DNA of 64,000 nucleotides from Eledone cirrhosa (GCA_964016885.1 OZ024741.1:184574001-184638000), one strand, 5' to 3'; counted from the stretch's first letter, positions 39,001 through 52,642 are shown. Translations and numbers: made by a program. Notes: a model not told the origin generated them from the sequence alone.

Positions 39001-41330
39001 TTTTACTATCTTAAACTGTAACTTAGTTAACCTTAATACTATTAAAAATAATATATTTGATCTATTTAAGCACCATAACCTAAACATTGAATTTGAAAAC
39101 AACGTCAAACGAGCTAACTTCCTGGATATAACCCTTAATCTTGACACCGGCCTATATTACCTTTACAATAAAGACAATGAGAATCTAAATCAGGTTAATT
39201 TTAAATCTAACCACCCCATTAACGTTAAAAATGCTATAGTCAGTAATGTTGAAAAAAGAATCTCAAATCTATCCTCTAATAAAGTTATCTTCGACGCTAA
39301 TGCCAATTATTATAATAATGCGCTTTCCAAAGCCGGTTATCCTGACAAAATTAAATACAGTAAAGAAACCAATCATCGAAGGACTTATAGTAAAATAGTT
39401 AGTTATGAACATTCCAATAACCTAAATAAAAGACCTAGATACAAAATTATGATTTGGTACAACGCTCCGTTTTCTCTATCTATTACTAGTAATATTCCTA
39501 AACTATTTTTAGGGCCTTAGATAAATGCTTCCCTCCCTCGCATATCTATAGTAAGACCTTTAACAAACATACAACCAAATTCTCTTATTCCAGCACTTCC
39601 AACATCTCTAACATTATCTCTAAACATAATAATAAAATATTAAATAATAAATTATATCCATCCAACACTGAGCGTCATAATAATAGCAATAGTAAACCCG
39701 ACGTCATTGTTAACTCTAGGCTAGATTCAGTAAATTTAAATACGACGTCAAACGTAACTTTGTCGAATGTTCATAACACCAATCTAAATCTGGAAACTTT
39801 AACACCTATCGTAAATAACTTCTCCAATCCAATTGCTTCTATAAATAATACTAGGTCACTTGTTAATAACTCTGGTAATTTCTCTAATCGTTATTGTAAT
39901 TGCCCTGTTAGAACTAAATGTCCTCTTAATAACCAATGTCTTGATAAAAATTTGGTGTATGAATGTCAGGTTATAACTGGTACTAATTATTTTACCTATT
40001 TCGGTTCCACTTCCACTTCCTTTAAAGCAAGATTTTATAATCACAATTCGTCTTTTATATAACCAACTTAAAAGAACTAACACGGCACTCTCAGAACTCA
40101 TATGGTCCTTAAAAGACAAAAATATTAACTACAACATTTCTTGGGGGAAGGTTTGCAATGCCTCTCCTTACTGGAATTCTTCCCTATCCAGAACATGTAA
40201 TCTCTGCCTAGCCGAGAAATTTACCATTATCTCTTATTTTAATTCTATAATAAATAGACGTACGGATTTATTTTCGTTCTGCTTGCATAAATCCCATAGA
40301 ATTTCCATAAAGTATACAGCTAATATCTCACCACCTAATTAGTTTAAAATATTTTTTTCTCAAACGCTTTTATATCTTTTACAAATATACCCATCTTTCT
40401 GTCGTTAGCGGTCCCCTATTTTTCTTCTTTTTTATACTTTTTTCCTTTTTTTCTTTTTTTAATTTCTAATCTTTAATCTGTAACTTTTACTTCTCAATTA
40501 CTTCTTAACTCATATTATTAATCACTATAGCATTTTCCTTATATTCTTGGCCATACAAACTATATTTTTAATATATACTAATATTACCACTAGTAAATTT
40601 TGTAAACATCTAATTTTTTTTACGTTATATATTTTTTCTTCCTTAAATTTTCTTCTTTCTTCTCTCCTTCCGTGCTCGTATTAAACCTATTATTTAATTT
40701 TTCATATTACAATAAATAGAAGCAAACTTAGACCCTAACTAATTCCTCTAAGTTCATAATTCATTTAATCTCTTCTTCATTCAACTTAGCTCCTTAATAT
40801 TTTATTTTAATAATACATATTAATAAATTCCTTTTCGCACATATTATTAAACCCTTCAATATATAAACCTTAAATAAATACTATTCTTAATTCCTTTTTC
40901 TTTAATCATAAACATCACCATTCATAAACCTCATTAACTTTTAATTTCAACATTTTTTTTAAATTATGTATTATCTTACAACGGTTTTTTTAATTTCTCC
41001 CTGTGAGACAGTGTTTCTCAGTATTGAAGGCTATCTCTCTCTCTCACATATTTTTCCTCCTCTCTCATCCTTCCCTCTTATACTCCTCCGACATCATCCT
41101 TTATTTTCTTTCTTCCTCCTCCTTCCCCCTTCCTGCTTTTTTTCCCAATCTCATATATCCATCTAATTTTAGCTTTCATTTGTAGATTTAACACTTCACT
41201 GCTTGCAACTGTTTTTTAAGCTTCATATCATGTCTCCCTGTTTTATCTGATGAGAACGCAAATATCATCCCATGATGATATTTGTTTTTGAAATGCGCAT
41301 AATAAAATACATGGAACTCTTTTAACCATC
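39001..41330 (+). mobile_element. Penelope-like element (RT C-terminal part, GIY-YIG endonuclease, T-rich tail with hammerhead), degenerate
   Basis: NFLDITLNL, SNHP, RISNLSS, IWYNAPFS, CNCPVRTKCPLNNQCL..VYECQV..YFGST..FKARFYNH, TALSELIWSLKD, CNLCLAEK. These are typical PLE RT-linker-GIY-YIG motifs, broken by frameshifts. The 3' boundary is approximate. Confidence 0.9.
41240..41308 (+). ncRNA. Type I hammerhead ribozyme (intact core)
   Basis: GTTTTAT-CTGATGA-stem II (CAAATATCATC/GATGATATTTG)-GAAA-TGCGCA-TA-ATAAAAT. Confidence 0.8.
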
Positions 41331-41392
41331 TTTTAATCTTATATTATATATATATATGTGGGGGGCTGTGATCTATATACACTGGTCATAGA

Positions 41393-41519
<127 letters not shown>

Positions 41520-41958
41520 ATATATATATATATATACATACACTTCACATATATACATACACAACAACCTACAGCTCTCTCTCGCTCTCTTCCATTCTTC
41601 TTCTCTGTCTCCTCTCCCACTCTCTTTGTCTTTCTTTCAATCTACTCTCTCACAACCTCTATCTATTTGTCTCTATCTTTCACACTCTTTGTTTATGAAG
41701 GTATCCGGAAAGAACCCATATCTCGGGACCCGTCCTCCGATTTAGGCGAAACTTGTTTTATTTCATTTGTATTCCCATTTCGGGGTCAACATCCTTTCAA
41801 AATATTTTCCCATTATGCGCCCTTTTGACTTTGTTACATTACAGACAAGCAAGCAAGCAAGCAATCACAGAGTTTTAGTAGTATACACATATATATATAT
41901 ATATAGTCAAAGAGTGAAGAATAACATCGTCAACAGTACAAAAAGGGTTTCGTTTACA

Positions 41959-42067
41959 GTATTAACAATTGTTTCATTGATTAGGATGTCTAAAGGTTGC
42001 TAATCACTCGAAGTTGTGTCACTCAACCTTAAATACAATGTATGCCTAATCAAATCATCGGAATAAC
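41959..42067 (-). ncRNA. Hammerhead with one core substitution and a long stem II loop
   Basis: TATT-CCGATGA-T-TTGATTAGG...CCTAATCAA-T-GAAA-CAATTG-TT-AATA. Confidence 0.6.
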
Positions 42068-42203
42068 TGAGAAAATTACAGTCGGTGTTTGTATTTATAC
42101 TACGGGGAATTCAAATAACAACATATATATATATATATATCCAAGGGCGGTGCCCCAACATGGCCTCAGCCGGATGGCTGAAACAGGTAAAGGAGGTAAA
42201 AGA

Positions 42204-42243
<40 letters not shown>

Positions 42244-42389
42244 TTAAAGGTTAAAAGTTAAACAAGGTTCAATGAATAAATCAAAGAATGAGATTTACAA
42301 TAGATTGGAAGCACTCAACAGTAGGTTTTCCGGAGTTATTAATATTAATTCAAAATATTAACAAAAATAGACATTCGTGTGAACAAGTA

Positions 42390-42456
42390 TATTTTATTAT
42401 ACATATTTCAGATGTACTGAGCTATCTCCAAGAGTAAGTCCTTATCAGATAAAATA
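42390..42456 (-). ncRNA. Hammerhead with one core substitution, in direct repeat copy 1
   Basis: TATTTTAT-CTGATAA-GGA...TCT-GAAA-TATGTA-TA-ATAAAATA. Confidence 0.6.
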
Positions 42457-42916
42457 AACTTAGTTTAGAGTATGCGGTAGAGATATGGTCACATTGCTTG
42501 AAAAGGCAAACTAAAATATCACCAGAATTAAACATTGGTCTCATACAGAAACATGTAAAATCTTCATACCTTTAGATGAGAGAGAATAAAGTGAAATGAT
42601 AAAATTATTAACGGTGATGAAATGACTGGGAAATATAAATATTAGTACACTAATCCAGAAAAGGAGGTCACAGTTAAACACTCTATAAGAAACTATGTTT
42701 TAAATACTTAAGAAAATATCTTCCCAGTGAGTTATTAGGGAACGAAATGTTTTGTTCGGTGAGGTAGCTACCGCCACAACAGGAAATGATTAAAAAAATC
42801 AATGTGACATGAGATGTATAATGTGTTCTATTCAGATATTGTTATGCTCACAGTAATTTCCAAGCCTCAAACCGCTTTTAATATATCTATCTATCTATCT
42901 ATCTCACACACACACG

Positions 42917-42976
<60 letters not shown>

Positions 42977-43018
42977 CTTCGAAATATTAACAAAAATAGA
43001 CATTCGTGTGATCAAGTA

Positions 43019-43085
43019 TATTTTATTATACATATTAAAGAGGTACTGAGCTATCTTCAACAGTACGTCCTCACCAGATAAAATA
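43019..43085 (-). ncRNA. Degenerate hammerhead in direct repeat copy 2
   Basis: TATTTTAT-CTGGTGA-GGACGTACTG..CAGTAC..-(GAAA mutated)-TATGTA-TA-ATAAAATA. Confidence 0.5.
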
Positions 43086-43924
43086 AGATGAGGCATGACA
43101 TACCCTGACTTAGTAGATGGTTAAGATTCAGTCATGGTAGTGAATATGATATGACAAGACTCAATATTTATATACCTTAAGATTGATACATGAACAAATT
43201 TACATATAATACAGAGGGTGGGTGTGAGAAAGCTTAAAAATACATAATAGCAATTTACATAACTGATAGAGATTCAAATAATTTAAATTATTGAAGAAGG
43301 AAGAAAGAAGAAAGACAGAGAGAAACAGATGAGGAAAAAATATAGTTACTAGAAGTATAGAAAGCAAAAGAGAATTGATCAAGGATAGAGAGACAAAGGG
43401 GAATAATTTTTATAGTATGAAGCATAGATAAATACATGAATATACATTTGGCCATAGCTATGTGAAAGAGTAAACTCGAATCTTCGAATTATCTAGAAGT
43501 ATCCATCTATCTAAATATTAAATATATCTGGGTGTAATTATATGAGGGTTTAATTTCGAGTCCTCAGTTAATTAGAAATATACTAACAATTAGTTATATA
43601 CACTATATATATATCCAAACGTATCTGGCTGACCGTTAAATTTCGAATTCCTTATGTTAGTTCAGAATAATGAATTAATCTAAAGGTATAATATTTCAGG
43701 CTATAAAAGTTTATAAATATCTATATTAATATTAAAGTATACTAACATATTTAATTTATATAATCATATTTAAAGTATTTGCAAACATGAGAAAGAAACT
43801 TCTCATTATATAATTTAGAAAATAATTACAGTTATAACTTTAAAAGTTTTAAATTAACAATTATAATGCCCTAAAGTATCTAAAGGCCTTATAATTAAAC
43901 TTAAAAAAGTTATTATAGAGCTTC

Positions 43925-44160
43925 TGAAGTGACCTTGTCGTCCAATTAACACAGTGAAGACGATAGAATACAACTGGTAAGATGTAAGTACCGAAAATCT
44001 TAGCCTTCAAATGATAAGAAACACGTTTTGATGTTAGTACTTCCTTGTTCTTGTTGAAAGCTGCCCAACCTAGAGCGATGCGATACTGCACAGCGACCAT
44101 TCCTTTGTTGTTTGATTATAGATCGTGCGTTTAGGTAGATAATATAATTTGCATTTAGGT
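43925..44160 (-). mobile_element. RTE-type LINE RT C-terminal fragment (different family)
   Basis: RIALGWAAFNKNKEVLTSK..LKAKIFGTYILPV matches the post-RT RI..GWAAF / K..LF..ILPV pattern. Confidence 0.75.
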
Positions 44161-44224
44161 AGGTAGCAAAAATATTTTATTATTCCTGAATCGTTTATTT
44201 TGTGATTATGAATGTCGGTGGTTG

Positions 44225-44396
44225 TGGCATAAAGTATATTCTGAGTTCAAAACCAGCCCTCGTTAGCTTAACCTTTCATCCTCACGTGGTTGATAAAATA
44301 ATGTACCAGTAACGCGCTGGTTCGATTTAGATGCCCCCCCCCCCCCCCAAAAAAAAAAGAAAATTACTGGCATTGTGCCTAAATCGGAATAAGTTA
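44225..44396 (+). mobile_element. SINE A diverged copy
   Basis: TCTGAGTTCAAAA..CCTTTCATCCT..GATAAAATAATGTACCAGT..CTGGCATTGTGCC. Confidence 0.7.
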
Positions 44397-44800
44397 TTTT
44401 GATCGGAAGGATAGTATTTATTGATTGCCAAGAACAACAAAATGAATCTCAAGGTACTGCTTGGGTATAATGAATTAGAGAAAGTTATAAAACATTTTAT
44501 CACGCATACATACATGAAGATAAACCTACACACACTTAGTATATTATCGATAGGCCGCCCCCATGTTTTAATTAGTTGGGGAAGGAGCTTTCGTAAATTA
44601 AATCTTTTTCTCTCCGATATTTTAAAGGATAGAACACAAATATATACACTTATAACTATTAGTTAATGATACATTGATTACATTTCAGATTCCTTCGCTA
44701 CAGTAGTTTACATTTTTTTTGCTTTATTGAAATTCGGTCTCGGATGCATTGCTTTAATATTGTCATATTAAAATTCTATATTTACACAAAATGAAAATGT

Positions 44801-44980
44801 AATAATTGTTTCTACTTTTGGCACAAGGCCAACAATTTCCCAGTGCATTACAGGCACTTTATTTTATCGGCCCCGTAAGGATGAAAGGCAAAGTTAACTT
44901 CGCGCGATTTGAAGTCAGAATGACAAGGGCCGTAACTCTATGCATCATAGCATGGCGTCCGATCCTCTACCGATACTGCC
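44801..44980 (-). mobile_element. SINE A copy
   Basis: Near-full match to family A on the minus strand. Confidence 0.9.
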
Positions 44981-45117
44981 GTACACTGGAGTCAAATCTA
45001 GCGTACAAATTAACATACATAGAACAAATAATCGTGTACTAATTAGTAAAAGCACCATACGTACACATATATAAATATGTTTATACGCACTCGCAAACGC
45101 ATAGATATTGAGTGTGG

Positions 45118-45226
<109 letters not shown>

Positions 45227-45227
45227 T

Positions 45228-46473
45228 CTAAGGCGGGTAGAATTCCCGAGATCCATGGACGAGTTCTCTCCAGCGGTCTCTGTCCCTCATTATCGCTGCC
45301 ATATCCTGCATCTCCAACAGACCAGTGTCAGTCCTTAGGGCATCAACATACGTTAACCTTGGTCTTCCTCTTCTAGTGTGTCCATGTAGGGGCTCCCAAA
45401 GGAGCACTGAGTGCAATGTCAACTCTGGATGTCGGTGAGCATGTCCAGCCAACCTCAGTCTCCTCTGTGTCACTTTTGAGCTGACTTTTGGGATGCTCCC
45501 ATACAGCTCTTAGATTTTCATCCTCAGTGTATACTGATTAATGTTCAGAGCCATCCTCAGCATTCTCGTGTAGCACCCATCCACCATCTGAGTGAGTTTC
45601 TTGGTCAGTGTCCAAGTCTCAGACCCACACAGCAGCACAGACTCCACTACAGCAATGAAGAGGCGGATTTTCAGGTCTCTACGAAGGTCCGACTTCCACA
45701 CCGATCTCAAGCTGTGGCACGCCGCCCAGGCCTTGCTCTTCCTCTCAACCACATCATCCTCCGTATTCCCAATCTTTGCTCCCAAATACAGGAAGTCCTC
45801 AACCAATTCCAGCGGCTTCCCGCCTACATTAGTGATCCCCTCTGGCTTCTCAACATTCTCTACCAGATATTTTGTTTTAGTCTCATTCATTCTCAGCCCC
45901 ACACTCATCGACACAGTCTCAACCTCCCGCATCAAATCCTCTGCCTCCTTCACTGTATTTGTCACCAAAACTATGTCGTCGGCAAATTCAGCATCTGATA
46001 CCTTTTTCACCTTAACTCTCCTGCTCTGAGCCGGTGCTACAGTAAAGCCAGAGTCCTGGTGTTTCTCCAGTGCAAGGCGCATACAATAGTCCACTACGAT
46101 GATAAAAAGGTAGGGAGCCAATGTATCTCCCTGGAGCACTCCAGCCAGTATCTCAAAGAACTCTGTCATCCCATCAGGTGTAATGACTTGGGCTTTGGTG
46201 TTGGTGTAGAGCAGTGATATCGGGTCCACTATCTTCTTGGGGATTCCATAAGCCTGTAAGATCTTCATCAGGTAGTAACGGTCCACAGAATCAAAGGCCT
46301 TCCTAAAGTCAATGAAAACCATGACCGCAGGAAGGCACTTTGCTCTAGCTCCCTCTAATATCCTCCTCGGCATCAGGATGTGACTGGTGGATGATCTACC
46401 CTCTCTGAAGCCGTTCTGGTTGTCCCTGAGCTTCTTCTCGATCTCAGGCTGGATCCTGTTAAGAATCATCCTG
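45228..46473 (-). mobile_element. RTE-clade non-LTR retrotransposon, 3' half (RT core and C-terminus)
   Basis: ORF 45510-46469 contains QNGFR, FIDFRKAFDSV, GVLQGDTLAPYLF, FADD and FLYLG. It continues in frame past a TAA into 45228-45473 (RRLRLAGH..RRGRPRLTYVD..DRDRWR). The stop codon abuts (TA)n. Confidence 0.95.
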
Positions 46474-48535
46474 GGTATGACATTAAACTACATCCAGTGG
46501 CAAGGCTCCAGTTCGGGAGTTCAGGAGATGTGGGGAATGTGGAGTTACCCCTTAGTTGTCATGACTCCCAGGTCTGCCCTGGCCCGGGGTGGTAGTACCT
46601 GTTAGGGCTCCATTTATGGGTTAAAAATCTACCTTATTCGAGTGGCGCCGGTAAGGTATTGTCAGCCATTGAAAAGAAATATGGAGAGTCGATCTAACAG
46701 CACTAGTGTTAGAGCCCCTAATTACACTGTCAAGGAGCAGCCTGGTCGTTATGACTCTGCTGGCTTAGAGCCACAGAGAGGGCCAGTGGATGATGGATCA
46801 GCTGTCTCTGAGACAAATATAAAGAATGCAGTTTTATCCTGCAGAAGAGCTATCAAAATGGGCACTTTGAATGTGAGGACTATTCGGACGCTGGAGAAGA
46901 GAGAGGAGTTGGGACATCTGTTCGAGGAGAGTGGTATACAGATACTTGCGATCCAAGAACACAGGATTCTACACGATTAGCCCGTGAGGAGTGTGATGAT
47001 CGGGAAGAAGAGCCAGCTCATCACTACATCGGCAGTGAAGAACACAACAAATGCTGCAGTAGGAGGAGTGGGTTTTGTGTTCAGTGCAAAAACCAATCTG
47101 TTGGTGAGGGAAATAATGCCTATCTCCCCGCGAGTGTTGAGGGTGACCTTCAATGGAAACCCAAGACTTACAGTCATCTCAGCCTATAGTCCAACCGAGG
47201 GGGACAGTGATGTGAATGCGGAAGAGTTCCATGAGGAGGTGTGTAGAGCTGTCAACACCACTCAGGCACACAATATCCTGCTTGTTTTGGGGGACTTCAA
47301 TGCACATCTGAGTAAGGAAGGCAGTGAAGATCCTTGTTGGTACTTCCATAACAACACCAGCCGAAATGGAAGACTACTGAGAGACACCCTGCTGGAGGCG
47401 AACTTGATGGCGACCAACCTAAGGTTTAGGAAGAATCTGGGGAAGATGTGGACCTACATCTCAGATATGCACCTGTCCAAGTCCCAGATTGATTTCATTC
47501 TGGTGAGGAAAAAGTGGCGGAATAGTGTTCTGAACACGGAACCATACAGATATTTCAGTACACTGGGTAGTGATCACCGGCTTGTTATGAGTGAGGTCCG
47601 CGTGAGCTTAAGAAAGAGCAAGGCTCAGCCCCGGAGAACAATCTATGACTTGGGAGCTTTCAAAGAAGATGATAAGCTACAGGAGAGGTTCACAGTGGAA
47701 GTGAGAAACAGGTTTAGTGCTCTGTGTGGAGAGTCAGAGGAGAGAGAGATTGGATGGACTGAGGAGAGTGTGACGAGGAGGTATGGGCACTTCACCAATG
47801 CAGTGGCGGAAGCAAGTGAAACTCTGGTGCCGAGGAAAAAGAACAAAGGGAAGCACGTCAGCTCTGCAAACCCAAAAGTGTGTGCAGCCAGAGAACACCT
47901 GAAAGCTGCCAGGGACCAATTCTATGCTGATCCTACGGAGGAGAGGATGGAGACTGTGGAGATGATGAGGGAAGAGCTCTGTACCACTTACACTGAGGTC
48001 AGAGAGGAGGCACTGATAGAGAAGATCAGAAGTGTGGAGAGAGCGGTTGACAGATCTGGATGTAAAGAGAGCTGGATGATCATCAATGAGATCACAGGGC
48101 GGAAGAGAAGGTGTTCGAGTCAGATCCAGGGAACGGGGCCCGAGGATAGGAAGAGGAAATGGCTAGACCATTTTAGGACCCTACTAGGAGAGCCACCCTC
48201 CACAGCCCAGAGCACTGGGGAGATCAGGCGGCTGTTTGAGGAACTGGATGTTGAGACAGAGCCCTTCACCAGAGAGGAGCTTCAGAGAGCCAAGAAGAGG
48301 ATCAAGGAGGGCAAGGCTCATGGAGAAGATGGAGTGGCATCAGAGGTGATGAAGAGGTGTGATTTTGATGATATCATCCTGGGGTTCTGTAACGGGGCAC
48401 TGGAGAAAGGAGTTGCCCCGAATCAGTGGAGGATCAGTAACATCGTCCCAGTGCCAAAGAAGGGAGATTCTCTAACACCAACAACTACCGGGGGATCTCA
48501 CTGACGTCACTTGTGGCAAAGACCCTCAACAGGAT
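46474..48535 (+). mobile_element. RTE-clade non-LTR retrotransposon, 5' half (5'UTR, APE endonuclease, start of RT); inverted relative to the 3' half
   Basis: ORFs 46642-46980 and 46984-48504 are in frame across one TAG. APE motifs: GTLNVRT, LAIQEHR, SAYSPT, LGDFNAH, QIDFILV, SDHRLV. RT domain 0/1 reads WRISNIVPVPKKGD, then after a 1-nt frameshift [17 protein letters not shown], ending at (TA)n. Confidence 0.95.
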
Positions 48536-48538
48536 ATA

Positions 48539-48600
<62 letters not shown>

Positions 48601-48704
48601 GCCACAAATGTATAAGCCAATCTAATAAATATTGCCTGTACAGGTAATGGAAGTGGGTATACATTTTTTTGGGGGGGGGGACACCTTTAACATATATATA
48701 TACA

Positions 48705-48774
<70 letters not shown>

Positions 48775-48978
48775 ACCATATTCTTTCACTTTTATTATGT
48801 TGTTTACAGAGTAGTTCATAATAAAATGTTTAAAACAATTGCTATTGCTTTAGGATAAATGCATAAACATAAATAAACAAACACAAGCACCGATACATAC
48901 AAACACACACATCACACACACGAACACACACAAACATAGACATATATATATATGAACAGTGATAGAGACAGAGAGATA

Positions 48979-49011
<33 letters not shown>

Positions 49012-49694
49012 GTTCGTTTAAATACGTTGCACATATATATGTGTATTTATATGTGTATTTACATGCACACATATATATGTGTATTTATATAAATGATCTA
49101 TATACATGTACACATATTAAATGCTTCACATATACATATTATTGTTTGATTGATTGGGTGCGAATCAGATGGCTATGTGTACTGCTGCTGAATGTCAAAT
49201 AAAACGCCGAACCTTTATTCTTTCAGCGAAGTCTTTTTCGTGTATTGTAAAAATATTTGAACAGATTATTTCGCTTGAGCCAAGACACATATAGAAATGT
49301 ATTTGTTTATATATATATATATAAGTGTTTGTTTGTGTGTCTGTGTGTGTACTCTTTGGACAATATCAAGACGAAACAAATATTAAATATAAGATTGTCA
49401 CCTCGTAGAGGTCACGTGAGATATTATAGATCATGCCGGAATTGACAAGCCATAAAAACGAAATGTGTAAATCATGTGTGGAAATAAAATTATCTTATTG
49501 AATATCTGACGTGTTCTGAGGCGGAATTAAAATACTGTGATTTTATAAGGTTTTGCATGAAAATGAACAACGCTTAATTGGCGTTGAAATGAATACATAC
49601 ATATAGACATGAATGCCTATATGCATACAAGCATAACTACTTGCGTACATGTATAAATGTATACATGCAGACATAAATACATACATACATACAG

Positions 49695-49747
<53 letters not shown>

Positions 49748-50048
49748 TGCGTACATACATAAATAAATACATACATACATACATACATACTCATACGAAC
49801 ATACACATGCCCATGCGCAGACAAACACACATATGTGTTCCTGAGGTTTGCGGTTCTTAGTTTTATCACGATTATTTATTATTTTTAGGAAATTCGTAGA
49901 TATAAGCGTGGACATGTATTTGCGGTTCAGGAGCTTGCTTCGGAAATATGTGGTTTCATGTTCAATCACACAGCCAGGCACATGACGCAAGAGTTTTCTG
50001 CTATAGCCTCGGGTTGACCAATGTCTAATGAGGGATATATGAGAGAAG

Positions 50049-50108
<60 letters not shown>

Positions 50109-50256
50109 TATTAGGATTGGTGCTCTGAAATAGCGATGTATACATGAATATATGTATAGTTTATTTGGCAATATACCGTGTTTAATTAAAAACATTTAGA
50201 AGACCATACGCTATCGGTTTTAGAGTAGTGACTATGTCACTACTTCTTTTCGGCCT

Positions 50257-50298
50257 GGCTCTGATGATCGCTAACCAGCGTGAAACAGACTGTTAGCT
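50257..50298 (+). ncRNA. Type I hammerhead ribozyme (intact core)
   Basis: GGCT-CTGATGA-TCGCT AACC AGCGT-GAAA-CAGACTG-TT-AGCT. Confidence 0.72.
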
Positions 50299-50359
50299 TC
50301 TCTCCCTTCTTTCGCCGAAAAGAAGTAAGTGAGTTTTCACGTGCTTTTGTTAACAATTC

Positions 50360-50672
50360 CTCAAATTCACAGATTTTCGAATCACGGATTTTCGAATAGC
50401 ACAAGATGTGGAAGAAGAACCCAGGAGTGGGATGCTTTTAAAGAGCAAGGTCGAGGCCAACGTTGAGCTCATGAAGCAGGTGATACCTGGCGATCGTGCG
50501 CTGACAGTTCGACTGATCGCAAGTGAGGTGGGCATGAAGCGCGGCAGCATTTAGAAGATTATCACCGAAGACTTGGGCATGCGGATGATCTGTGCAAATA
50601 TTGTACTGAAATATATATAGATATATTTCTTTTTTGCGACCCCAATCCCGTTTCCTTTTCTGACACATTTCG

Positions 50673-50673
<1 letters not shown>
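50360..50673 (+). mobile_element. Mariner transposase remnant (HTH region) with probable 3' terminus
   Basis: DVEEEPRSG; LTVRLIASEVGMKRGSI*KIITEDLGMRMICA. Confidence 0.8.
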
Positions 50674-50769
<96 letters not shown>

Positions 50770-50771
<2 letters not shown>

Positions 50772-52400
50772 TGTCATTCATGACCGAAAGGTTGTCAACT
50801 GTGTTTTAACCTTCCCAGGCCAAGTCAACAGCTCGGATGAAATCATCCAATGACTCAACCAACTGGAACTCGACAACTTCAGATATTATAGGTATGCTTT
50901 CAGCCTAGACATGGTATCTCTATTTACATCGGTACCTGCGATCCCAGCTGTGGACATACTAAACGAATGTGTCTGTTTCGGCCTCAGGAACACCGGCATC
51001 CACAAGCTCCTGTCTATCGTTGTCAGCAACGCCTTTTTCAGGTCCCTGGGCCGCACTTACCAACATTCTGCACTACCCATGTGATGCAGCCTGTTTTGTT
51101 TACAAGTCATCTCATACGTGGACAGTCTCAAACGCCGAGTACTCAACTCTCGATATAGCTGCGCATTCTTCGTTAGATATGTGTATGATATACTCATCCT
51201 CACACCCTTTCATGAGAATGCCAACAGAATATTCGAGTCTTTCAACAACGCTGACAGAAACATCAATTTCAGCGTGGAACACCCATCCGACTCAGGTTCC
51301 TCACCCTGCTCGACCTTAGACTCAACATCTGGGAGATCCACACTGATTTTCCCCACAAAATTGCCAGCAGAGAGATTTCTATCCACTACACATCTGACCT
51401 CCATAATAGCTCTAAAAGAGAGTAAGTTTCTAACAGAATTTATTGCATACACAAGAGATTTATCTACGCTACGAATAGATTCACCCATATCAGACGGTTC
51501 CACAGTGTGCTAGAGACCAATGACAACCCAGCTTCCTGCTTCACCCCACGACGAAACTCCAGACCCAGATACAGGACAGACAATAGTTGCTTCCTCAATA
51601 TCCGACACCTCAGCCAAGAGACTACCAACGCCATACACAGCTATCAGGAGAGAGGGCCTAAAATCAGGATAACTCACCTTCCCTACGGTGATACCTTTCC
51701 ACAAGACGACCCCCAGCAATGATGACAGCTGCACTCATGTCAATTTCCTTACCTGCAACACTGATTGTTGCCTGCATGCCTACGTGGTGTACAAGTTGGA
51801 ATGTAACAGGTACAGAAAATTCTACATTGGCAGCACTATTCGTCTTACACCTCCAAATTATCATCAAATGCGGAAACCGGCAGTAAAATAACCACCACTT
51901 GGTTACGAAGCCCAGTATATGTACTCTGAGAATCAAGAGAGCTCTCTTGATTTAGCAACTGTAGGCCCTCATTAATAATAGAATGGAAAGAAAAGCCGCA
52001 CAAGGCTAATTTAAATTGTCCAAGCTAAATATACCATCATGCCAGCATCCCAGCTCTCCGCTTTAACGAATGTTCGTTTCCTAGCCTAGTTTGCTAACAG
52101 CAGGCAAATTCTTCATTGACTTTGAGTGGTCGGCCAACAGGAAAAAAGGTTGCAGACCAACTATACTTAGACAAAAACTGGTCTTCACTATACATATACG
52201 TTTAGACCCACGCACACATGCACGCTTATGTTATACACATGCTCACACACATGTGCAAACAACACAAAACTTTAGCGTTTTTTTTTTTCTATTCAAAATA
52301 AATCGAACGGCTGCCTACAATATTTCTCGTGTTTTTCCCCGAGGTCACCTCTTGATAATGGATGGCAAAACCGAAAATATTTGAGATCATTAAAAATTGC
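50770..52400 (+). mobile_element. Penelope-like element remnant (RT and GIY-YIG), heavily frameshifted
   Basis: SLDMVSLFTSVP near 50902, FFVRYVYDIL (YVDD-derived), NINFSVEH, VVYKLEC..KFYIGSTIR. Confidence 0.85.
52349..52385 (+). ncRNA. Degenerate hammerhead in the PLE tail
   Basis: CTC-TTGATAA-TGG..CC-GAAA-ATAT-TT-GAG, downstream of the GIY-YIG remnant. Confidence 0.35.
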
Positions 52401-52610
52401 TAAGGTAACTTTCTATTGTCCTCACTCTTTTACTTCATTTTACCTTTATTATTATTTTCTATTTTTATCCTTCAACTTTCCTATCACCTTGGCACTTTTA
52501 CCAAATACGCATTGGCAAGCTTCCAAATAATCAAACTTATTTCTTAGTCGTATTTGTATCTCATATATATATATATATATATATAGTCATTCGTAACCAA
52601 TAGGGGCCTT

Positions 52611-52642
<32 letters not shown>

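Noticed and set aside
50770-50800. GTCATTCATGAC-CGAAAGGTTGTC as a hammerhead
   Set aside because: The CTGAnGA core is absent and replaced by (TG)n, so this is at most a truncated half.
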